This document shows positions 1 through 10,200 of a stretch of 20,000 bases of DNA, piece by piece. This DNA is from Ancylonema sp. Lineage: Eukaryota. A program made the position numbers and the translations under genes. The notes under the pieces are model-generated. The model had not been told where the DNA came from and ran no database searches. It was given only the letters and a program-made list of their open reading frames with translations. The DNA lies in contig JBFLGF010000132.1 in NCBI GenBank assembly GCA_050230475.1, forward strand, positions 54,049-74,048. The letters run 5' to 3'. The first letter of the stretch is position 1. Each line of letters begins with the position of its first letter.

Positions 1-3000
1 CAGATCCTTCCCGTCGTTCTCGAGCACTGCAGCCTCGAGGAGCAGCGCGTGATTGTGTACCAGAGCCTGCGCCAGATGCCCCTCCGCCTCCTAGAGCGCG
101 TCCTCCCCTGGGTGGTGGCCTATGTCACCGACGAAGAGGCGGCAGACATGGTGCAAAACATGCGACTCGCAGGTACACGCTCCTTACCATTGAAATGACT
201 TAACAAAGGTTTTTTTTCACCGTTTTAAAGGTACATGATGGCTGCTGTACCCGGTTTGTTTGTTGGTAGTCTCTTGTACTTCTCCCTGCACCTCACACAT
301 GGCACGTGGCAACTGGTTCGTTCTTATTTGCAGCCCCTGCCGTGGATACGGCTCTGGTCACTCTCTTTTCGGGATGGGCTCAGAAAGGAGTGGAGGTAGG
401 GAAAGCAGGAAAAGGAATGGAAGATAGGAGGGCGAAATGGACGTCACACCCTTTCCTCTCTCCCCAATCACCTTCCCCATCCTGCGAAAATGACAGTTCT
501 GGTCAGGGAGAGGATGAGGTGGGTCGACCTAGCAAGCGAATGAAGGAGGAGCTGAGTATGGCAGAGGGGGGGGGGAAGGAGAAGGAGAAGGAGAAGGAGA
601 AGGAGAAGGAGAGGAAAGGGGAGGGGCAGGGGGGGGTGAGTGAAGAAGAGGGTTCTGCACGAAGGAAACCGATCGATTCCATCTTCCAATTCCACCAAGC
701 GCTGCGCAACGAGCTCCAGTATTTGGACACCGAATCCGCGAAACTCGCGACGGGGGACGATGACGCGGTCCGTCAGTTCAGCGGCCGCTTCCAATTCCTT
801 TGGGGTCTGTATCGCGCGCACAGCAACGCGGAAGATGAGATTGTTTTCCCGGCGCTGGAGGCCAAAGAGGCGTTGAGTAACGTGAGTCACTCGTACACCA
901 TCGACCACCGGCAGGAGGAACGGTTCTTCAAAGACATTGCGCAAGTGCTGGCGCAGTTGAGAAGCACGAGGAGCGGGAGGGAGGGGGGGGGAGAGGGGGA
1001 TGGGGGGGTGGCAGTGAACCGGGTGAAGCTGGGGGAGCGTTTGCAGCGCATGTGCAGTGCGGTGCGCGTGAGTCTCGACCAGCACGTGTGTCGCGAGGAG
1101 ACGGAGCTGTGGCCGCTATTCGCGGAGCTTTTCACGGAGGAGGAGCAGGACTGCATTGTGGGGCGGATCATCGGCACCACGGGGGCGGAGGTACTCCAGG
1201 CCATGCTGCCCTGGATCACTGGGGCTCTCACGGAGGAGGAGCAGAGTGCCATGATGGACACGTGGCGTCAGGCCACGCGCAACACTGCGTTCGACCAGTG
1301 GCTGCGCGCCTGGTGGAAGGACTCCATCGTGTATGCCACGTGTATGGAGGGGGGGGGGGCGGGTGTGGGTCCAGCTGTTGTGGAAAGGGAGCCCAACCCC
1401 AAGGAGCGTCTGCAGATGGTGGGGGAGTATTTTGGGGGGGGGGACGGGGGGGACAGTGGCGATGCGGGTGGCGGCAGGGAGAATGGGGGGGGGGGGGGGG
1501 GGGGGGGGAGCAGGGAGGGGGGGAGGGGGGGGGGGAGGCCATGGGTAGAGGGGAGGAGAGAGAAGCAGAGGGTCGTCCTTTGGGAGGGGGTAGGGGTGGT
1601 GGTTGGTTGAGTGAGTTCAAGCCTGGTTGGCAGGACATCTTCCGGATGAACCAGCAGGAACTGGAGAAGGCGATTCGGACGGTGTCTAGTGACACGTCAC
1701 TAGACCCGCGAAGGAAAGCGTACCTCATTCAGAACCTCATGACAAGGTAGGGAAACGAGGATGGAGACGGAGATGGACCTGTAGCTGTAGCTGGAGCTGT
1801 AGCTGTTGCTGTAGCTAGAGCTGTAGAGCTGGAGCTGTGGGTGTAGCTGTAGCTGTAGCTGGAGCTGGTATCCGCTTTTTGTAGGGGTCGGTCGTCTGAC
1901 ATGGGACAAGGGTCTTTGTTTTGTTTGTTTTTTTTTGTTTCCAGTCGTTGGATCGTGGCCCAGCAGCAGAAGGTCCCCTCTCCTGGGTTAGCGGAAGAGG
2001 GCGGCCAGGTGGCAGGTCAGTGCGCCTCCTACCACGATGAGCCAGGTGGCATCCTCGGGTGCGAACACTACAAGCGCAACTGCAAGCTCAAGGCCGCGTG
2101 CTGCGGTCAGCTGGTGACGTGTCGTTTTTGCCACGACAAAGTGAGCGACCACACCATGAACCGACACTCGACGGAGGAGATGATGTGCATGAAGTGTTTG
2201 GAAGTGCAGCCGGTGGCACAGAACTGTGTGACACCAACGTGCGACAACGCGTCCATGGCGAAGTACTTCTGCGCAATCTGCAAGTTTTTCGACAACGATG
2301 ACAGGTACATCCGTACCCTACCGTTCCCTACCCCGCCCCACCTTCTCACCTGGGTCCCAACCACCCCTCCTCACCCCCCCTCAATATTTGGGATCTTTTT
2401 TTTTTTTTTTTTTTTTTTTTCTTAACAGTTTTTTTTTTTTCTTTTAATTGGGGGAGATTACTTTATTGGTCCTTTTTCTAATTCACTTCCCCCTCTCCAT
2501 TTCCTCCCCCTTTTTTCCCCACTTCCGTATCCCTCCCCCCCCCCCCCTCCTGTTCCCCAGATCCATCTACCACTGCCCCTTCTGCAACCTGTGCCGCGTC
2601 GGCCGCGGTCTCGGCCTCGACTACTTCCACTGCATGACGTGCAACGCGTGCATGTCCATCACACTCTCCTCCCACAAGTGCCGAGAAAAAGGGCTCGAAT
2701 CCGACTGCCCCATCTGCCACGACTTTTTGTTCACCTCCAGCACCCCCGTCAAGGCCCTCCCCTGCGGCCACTTCATGCACTCCGCCTGCTTCCAGGCGTA
2801 CACCTGTACGCACTACACGTGTCCGATATGCAGCAAGTCGCTGGGGGACATGGGGGTGTATTTCGGGATGCTGGACGCGTTGCTGGCTTCCGAGCAACTG
2901 CCGGAGGAGTTTAGGGATAGGCAACAGGTGTGTGTGGAGGGGGGGGGGGGGGGGGGAAGGACAGGGGTGCATGCAGCCTCTGGTGGGGGGGAGGGGGGAT

Positions 3001-3338
3001 GCAGGGGGGGGCACGTGGGGTTGGGGTAGAAATGTGGTTGGCATTTGAAGTGAGGCTCCTGCTTTGCGAATTTTCGTTTGACGAGAAGCAGTAATTGGTG
3101 GAAGGAGGGACTGATGGGTGACTTGTTGTCGGTTTTCATCAGGGGGGGGAGGTCTTTCGGGTCCTGTTTCTGAATCAGTGGTTGAAAACAGAAGATGTGT
3201 AACACGCCCCTCGTATTTTCTTCTCCGTCTTTGCAGGACATTCTGTGCAACGATTGCGAGAAGAAGGGAAAGGCGCCCTTCCATTGGCTCTACCATAAAT
3301 GCACCCCGTGCGGCTCGTATAACACGCGGGCAATTTGA
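1..3338 (+). CDS. BTS: BRUTUS/HRZ-like hemerythrin + CHY/CTCHY zinc finger + RING + zinc-ribbon E3 ubiquitin ligase, 5'-partial. Predicted exons <1-172, 334-1746 (frameshift within ~1433-1608), 1945-2304, 2561-2927, 3237-3338
   Basis: Manual splicing gives GT-AG introns with consistent phases and continuous BTS-family motifs. These are YQSLRQMPLRLLERVLPW..A|PAVDTALVTLFSGWA; the hemerythrin domain PIDSIFQFHQAL..GLYRAHSNAEDEIVFPALEAKEALSNVSHSYTIDH..QHVCREE; FKPGWQDIFRMNQQELE..RKAYLIQNLMTS|RWIVAQQ; CHY GCEHYKRNCKLKAACC; CTCHY IYHCPFCNLCRVG; RING CPICHDFLFTS..PCGHFMHSACF..CPIC; and C-terminal DILCNDCEKKGKAPFHWLYHKCTPCGSYNTRAI*. Family assignment is from recalled motifs; no search was run. Confidence 0.95.
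576..611 (+). repeat. Coding microsatellite (AAGGAG)6 encoding (KE)6
   Basis: Directly visible within the BTS inter-domain linker. Confidence 0.9.
1780..1868. repeat. Degenerate (TGTAGC)n hexamer repeat in a BTS intron
   Basis: Tandem TGTAGC/TGGAGC units inside intron 1747-1944. Confidence 0.9.
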
Positions 3339-4339
3339 TGGGCTTCCAGGGTTGTAGATCCCTGCCTGTAGTTTTTCCTGCTTTTTTTCTCATGTTTTTG
3401 TGATGAGTGGTTGTTGAGTTGTCGGGCATCATCACCTTCTGCAATCTAAAGAGGCTTGTTTTTACCCGTAGGTATAATTTAGGCGATAGTGAAAATGATA
3501 TCTCCAATGTAAAGCCATGGATGAGTGCCTCGATTGTGAATCGAGATAATGAGTGGCAAGTGGGGGAAGTAGAAAAGCGAAACGAAAGGCTTGGCTTGTT
3601 TGCGGGCGGTTTATGATATTTTGCGACTATTTCTTGGGGGTAGAAAATATGATGTGAATTACGCCTAGTGTTCTGTGTGACTTTCTGACTAGTAAATAAA
3701 TAGAGGATACTTGTGTCTTGTTATGCCATGGCCCTGATTGTGTTACAAAGTAAGTGGATTGTATCACTTCCGAGACGCAATTCCGCAACTCCAGTGTTCT
3801 TAAACCTGATTTACTTGTTCCAATGCTATGTTTAAACATGATCCCTGGACGAACGGGTAGAGGTCGATCATAGTTGCGCCCGATCTTGCCTCAATGGAAT
3901 TCTGCAACTTTCCCCTTCCGGTGGACTCTCATAACAGACGTGTGCTGGCTAATTCTCGCCATCCCCCTATCTCTTTGGCTTCTTGCTTCGGGCATTCGTC
4001 TCCCACCCTCGGTCTGATCCCTCTTCCCATCAAGAATTCTCAAAAATCCGAAACGAACCCCCCTTTTAGAAGGGAGTTATGCGCATGAAGCCTCTCCTCT
4101 TCAAGGAGAGTGCCACGTGGCAGGTTATGGATCTTCCTCCTTGTGGAGAAAGCTTACCTTCCAGTGGCTCCACCCTCTCTCAAGCCTAGGAAGCTCTCGT
4201 CCCGTGGTGGCTGATCATGTTCTTGAAACACATCCTTAGAAGTCCACACTTATTATTCATATATGTGGAGATACGTACATTTGTTATAAGCAAGGACTGT
4301 AATATATATTTATATTATACTGTATAGTTTATGATTGTA

Positions 4340-4369
4340 CCCGCAAGCGTGCGGGACATTTCCCGCTGG
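4340..4369 (+). mobile_element. Helitron-like 3' terminus
   Basis: Hairpin CCCGCA-AGCG-TGCGGG (4340-4355), a 10-nt spacer, then CTGG (CTRR) followed by T. Preceded by an AT-rich tract. The 5' end was not identified. Confidence 0.4.
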
Positions 4370-4684
4370 TTTGCACCTACGGGCGGTATCAACAAGCATA
4401 GCTTGTAGGTTAAAAATGTTTACTGATAACTAATTTCGAGTTTTGTGTGGAGGCATGTAGATGATCGTCATGCATTGAATTTGTGAATATTTAAAAACCG
4501 AAACGGAATGGCAAGGAGTTCTGGAAAACCGAATACACTCGAGCCCTGACAAAACTCTATATTGGTACCTCCCCCCCCGGGTGGAGTTCTCCTACCCGTC
4601 TCCCGCCCGTGGACGGGCTTACCGGCAGCCGCCGTCAAGCGAAAATATGATGGGCGTGTACAATTAGTACGATATGGTCCATCC

Positions 4685-5775
4685 ACGTAAAATCACTAAC
4701 TTCAGACCCATTTTCGAATTCTCGCGTTTTTTATTGTGTAACTTTTTGAAGTCGATGTCTCTACCGGTTCTACACAGTTCCATACCGCGTTTCGGAAGTC
4801 CCGAGTTTCAAACCGTGATTCCGGTTCCGAATCCAAGACCACTTTTGTATTGAGCATATTTGTGTAGCGATCTCTCGATCCACCGATCCCGATCCCAACC
4901 GGATCCAACACAATCCGGTTCTGAATTCATATCAGAACAACTTTAAAAAACACAGTGAATCATGCGTGTTTTGATTTCACGGGTATGAACATGTTCGTCT
5001 CGGTGGAGTCGTTGCATAATCGTACATCATGCAACCATAGACCATCGGTCTCTAGTCGGGGGGATGAGGAACGAGAGCCCGGGGTTGAGAGCATCCCAAA
5101 CCTCCTGTTCGGTGAACCAATCAGAGGTCGAGTAGCGGTGGGCGAAGAGGGCGTAGCCGGTTGTGGCTACAAGGCAGCAAAGGGAATTGGTGATGAACAT
5201 CGCCGGGGGAGGTTGGGGGTTGGGAGGGGGGGGGGTGTCTTGCGATGATTCCGCACAGGAGAAGGGAGCGAGTTGAAGAAGATGACAAGGATGAGAGTGA
5301 TGAGAATTAGTGATGGTGAAAACAAGAGATAGAAGAATAGAGGTGATATCAATAGAAATATCAATAATAGTTGGGATGACGATAGTACTACCTTTGGTAA
5401 TGAGATCAGTGAGTAGTAATATCGATGGGTAGCACCAATGTTTCACACTTTAAAGTTAGATACATGAAGTAATCATAGTGATGATAGTAATGAGAGAAAT
5501 GACGACATGGTTGCAAAAATCACACCAAATGTTATTTTTATCATCAACGATCTAGTATAAATATATATATCCTTTTTTGCAGAAAATAACACTAGAAAAA
5601 AGAAAAATGTATTCTGATCGTAACGTTGATGATACTTATAAACAAAAAACATAATCTCGCAAAGTCATGAGAGGAACAAGTATAAGCCACTATATGGAGA
5701 GCACGAATTCTAAACTCACCAAAAACAATGCTCTTCGTAATCCAGGTTCTCGCCGTGAATCTGAGCATCATCCGA
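4685..5775 (-). pseudogene. Possible decayed Ulp1/SENP (peptidase C48)-like gene, likely TE cargo
   Basis: Minus-strand fragments in Ulp1-like order but broken by stops and frameshifts: RTWITKSIVF, MFITNSL, WLHDVRL..NMFIPV..HA*F, NRIVLDP, ENGSEVSDF. Pattern recognition only. Confidence 0.3.
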
Positions 5776-6667
5776 TAGCGGTGCCAACCGCGCGGTCCGG
5801 GAGTGTGATACAATTGTGGTAAGAGCACAACTTTGGCGAGTAAATACGGCAGTTCCTATCCCAGATTCTACATTGCTGTCTTCAAATGAAAGCTTGTGGT
5901 ACACCGGAAATACTACTCTGGCTAGTTTAGGGACACCTTTGTTATCTGAGTTGAAGCTGGGAGGGTTGGTCAGGCACTGATCGATGCATGTACGAGCCCC
6001 TACCATTTTGAGGGCTCGATTCAAATCCTCTATCGAAGTGGGAAAGGTGGTGGTAGACCTGACGCCTTCCCCACTGGAGGCCTCAGGAGTGATGCGAATG
6101 ATAGGATACGATATTCTCAGCATGTACTCTGCTTTGGCATGATAAATCATAATCATTTTTCTGTCCCCGTGAAAAAAATCAAGACGGAATATTACGTTGC
6201 GGTGGAGACAATGCTGTACGTGCTGTACTTCCTCCCTCGTGTCTCTTGCTGAATCGGAGACTTCCCTCCCACTCTTACCTTACGATGGGTCGCTGTCCAG
6301 GAGGCAGACCAAGAAATCTCCGCAATGTCCTCGAGCCTTCAGCGAGAAATTTGATTTCTCAATCCTTACAAATGTGGGTACTTGCTGCACGTCATGCATT
6401 CAAGTGTTTTCTGTTTCTTGCCGGATGGGGCTTGAATCGGAACAAGATTACGGAGTGGTACAAAAATTTTTACTGTGCGGGCCTTTGAATCGTGAATCCA
6501 CATGTGCATTCTGCACAACATGACATAGCGATAGGAATTTCAGCACATCCTGGGTTCCTAGCTAGAGAAGGAAGTACCTCTTTGTTCTGACATACGGTAC
6601 CAGGACAAATGACACCACCGACATGTTTCTCTCATTTGCTTGAACAGATCCTGTACGGAACTACGAT

Positions 6668-6700
6668 ACCGTAGATTGGCTTTCCAAGCCAATCTACGGT
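6668..6700. repeat. Perfect inverted repeat, 15-bp stem with 3-nt loop
   Basis: ACCGTAGATTGGCTT-TCC-AAGCCAATCTACGGT. Confidence 0.9.
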
Positions 6701-7277
6701 CATTAACCAGGCAGGGGTAAACGACGCGATCCAAAATCTCCAAACAGCATGGAGCATTTCGCCACGTGGAGCATGCTAAGATTCTCTTTGACGGACCCTA
6801 TACGGTCGTTCGTTGTAACGAATTAAAGTGCCGCTTAACTGACGGAGATTCACATAACGATTCTTATGTTTTAACGGCGTTTCTTCTAGCGAGTGTATAC
6901 TTGTATATGTACGATTTGTAACGACTTGCATCATCCGAGGTGGCAGAAGACATAACGTGGCAGTGCTGCACGACCAAACCAGGTGGCAATCTGCGGATCC
7001 AGAGCTGCACGTGTAAGGTGTTCCAATTCCCCAGTTAGCTACTGAGCTGCTCGATGGAACGAGCAGACGACGAAAGCGAATTCAGCTGTGGCAAGGAGTG
7101 TGTGTCAGAGGAGAATGCGTCTATCCTGACGTTACTCCAGTTACAGGATCGGTGCGCAAGGCACGCACGCATACATGGCGCGATCAGAATAAGAGGGCCC
7201 TTTCACGAAGGTCTTTTCAAGGCCTTTATTACGGACCCAACTTTTGTTTTTCGCATACAAGGGAGTAACTTTCCTGA

Positions 7278-10200
7278 ATGACTCTGCATATCAAGGAAGT
7301 TGCCTGCAGGCTCGGGCGTAAGGGCCGTCTATTCAGGGTTGCAAAGCAATATTCTGCTCCGCTGCAGCACAATTTGGAGGAGTCACATCTAAATGAGAAA
7401 GGAAGGGCTCCCGTAAGACGAATCTCGGGTTTGACAGGTGATCTAGTCTCTCCGGCCACCTTTTCACTCAATTTTGAAAAATTCAACTCAAGGAGTCTTC
7501 GGAACTACGACTTTATAAGACTAGTAATTAGTAAACAGGTTGCGGCACCGTTGCATTCGGCCTGTAAATTAGGGCACTGCAGCACTGACGAAACTGAAGG
7601 CGTGATAAGTGATTTCTGCCACTATTTCTGGCAGGCCAGGACTCGCCAGTTCCTTACTCCTGGCTGTGTACTTCTGCATTGCGACTTCTGCCTTCAGCAA
7701 GGTAAAAAATCAATTCAGATTGAGGGCGGCGTCTTAAGAGGCTTTGTGTCACCAAGCACCAACCACTTGGTCTAACACCATCCTGTTCTATTTTGAACTC
7801 AAGCCAAAAATGAATTCATAGCCGTGGCCGTAGCTCATCGATGTTGTGCTATGAACGGTTGAGGTCAATTATTGTTGCGTAGGTATCAAACTCTTGTGGA
7901 ACTTTGCTCCCTCACTTATCTGCCGTTCACGTGCAGGTCCGGTGGAACTACATGTCCTCATCACATCCTCCACACGCAGGGCCTTTCCTCACAAACTGCT
8001 GATCGATTAAAAGGGACATTTACCTATGAGGATACCCCAAATCCACAACCGGCAGAAAGAAGCGATGGCACTGCGAACACCGCAGATGGCAGTTCAGCGG
8101 GCAGCACTGCTGGCGCTACGGTTGGGGGAGTTCCCACTAGTGCGGCTAGAGCCCGCTCTGAATCTAGGGCCCAGAGATCCCAGTGGTCCAAATATGATGC
8201 TGCTGAGGTGGAGGACTACTTTCGATGGCGTCCATTCACTGTGGCGCTCAGAGTGGCCACCATTGTGACCGAAATAGTCATCCTTCGCTTGCTGCAGTAC
8301 ACGCTGCCTGACATACAGAAAAGAGCTGCTAAAGTAAGAACTTCAAATTGGGAGGGATATCAAGTGGGGGGTGCATGTGAATATTATAACTGTTGTCTTT
8401 CGTGCCTCTCAGTTACGATTTTCACAGAAGCGCATAAAAGACAACTGTCGGTTTATAGCCGCCTGGCGCTACGCTGTTAGGCCAAAATGATGCTGCGATG
8501 GCAGCATCATTTTTCCTCCTTTCATATCCATTTGTCCTGCTTCTCCTGTCCCTTACCTAATCTCACCTCGGAAGTGCAGTGGACTTCGTCAACAATGAAG
8601 TGCATGTCACTTCATCATGTAGCTGGGTCTGGTAGAATTGGATGTCATCATTTTGGTGGGTGTGAACGCAGCTGCGCAGGAGCTTGATTCGCCTTGGGCC
8701 ATTTTACGTCAAGGTAGGGGCGTGGCAACAAACCGTTGGCATCATTTTCTTACAAAAAACCTGCTCCACAATTCCGCTTTCTTCTCAAACAAATGCAGCC
8801 TCAGCTATGAATATCGTTTACAGACCTTCCCTTCGAATGTCTCTGCATGCCCATCTTAATGATCGGGACGTCCAACAGGTGGGGGTGATCTTGGTGTGTG
8901 CAGCTCGGGCAGGCTCTGAGTACCCGCCCCGACATCATGCCACCCGCATACTGTGCTGAGCTGGCGCTGCTGCAGGATCAGATTCCTCCCTTCCCCACCT
9001 CCGAGGCCTTAGCTATGGTTGCAGAGGAGCTGGGGGCGCCTGCGGAGGAAATATTCGCCCACATCACTCCCGAGCCTGTGGCAGCGGCCTCCCTGGGCCA
9101 GGTGTACAAAGGCAAGAACAACACTAGTTCTGCCTCCCTTGCTCAGCCCCTTACATGTCTTTTTGTTTCTGGAAAGCTCTAACATCCGTCTAAAGTGGAC
9201 GGATGGTACAACCTGTATGAGTGAATTCTTCTGGTTGGGGTTTTGGGTTGCAGCCCACCTGCAGTCCGGCGAGGTGGTGGCTGTGAAGGTGCAGCGCCCA
9301 GGGCTGGTGGACATCCTGGCCGTGGATGCCTACGTGCTGCGGCTGCTGGCCACTCAGATGCAGCGGTTCATGAAGGGGAGGTCGGATCTGAAAGGAATCG
9401 TGGACGAGCTGGTAAGGGCTTGAAAGGGGCGGTTTTTGGGATTGGACAAGTTTCTGCTGCATGTGCTCCTCGTAAAATATTTATGTTTGTGATGGGCTCT
9501 TTCCTGAGGGAGCTTCAGCAGAAGGAGGGAGGGTCATGAGTGGAAAACAAAGGTTCCCTATTTCTCAACCTGCGTCTACTCTCTGCTCTCTTCTTGGGAG
9601 AATGTTTTCCTCAGGTGGGTCGCCTATTCGAAGAAGTGGACTATCTCCGGGAGGGGCGCAATGCGGAGCGGTTTGCAGAGCTGTACAGCACCCATGCTCT
9701 GTCCGGTACACCTCCATTTCTAGAGCTTCTGGATAGGATGAGGAGTTGTAGTTGGTAATGTGGTGAGGGGCGGTGAGGGGCGGTTCAGGAGGCCCTGATG
9801 ACGAGGGGGTGAAGGTTCCGCGCATCTTCTGGGAGTACACCACAAGGAGGGTGCTCACAATGGAGGTGACAAAAAGGGGGGGTATTATTGCGTATATTCA
9901 TATTTCATATATTTCATATATCATATGCCATATTTCATATCTCTTATATTCATATATCATATGCCATATTTCATATTTCTTATACTTCATGTATCATATG
10001 ATATATTTCATATATCATATGACATATCTCATATATTTCTTAGAGCATATGACATATTTCATATAATTCATATATCATATGCCATATTTCATATTTCTTA
10101 TTTCATGTTTCCAAATCAACCTCCCGCCAAACCGACTCCTTTCTGGCAGAGCAGTGGGTGGAGGGGCTGAAGCTGACGGATCACGAGGGGTTGAGAGAAG

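Noticed and set aside
468..3296. Long antisense and alternative-frame ORFs over BTS (e.g. 468-1085, 1228-1728, 2478-3296)
   Set aside because: Shadow ORFs of GC-rich coding sequence and homopolymer tracts; low complexity with no recognisable domains.
9773..10170. Hydrophobic I/Y/H-rich ORFs resembling membrane peptides
   Set aside because: Apart from the exon 9789-9865 portion, these are translations of the intronic CATAT array.
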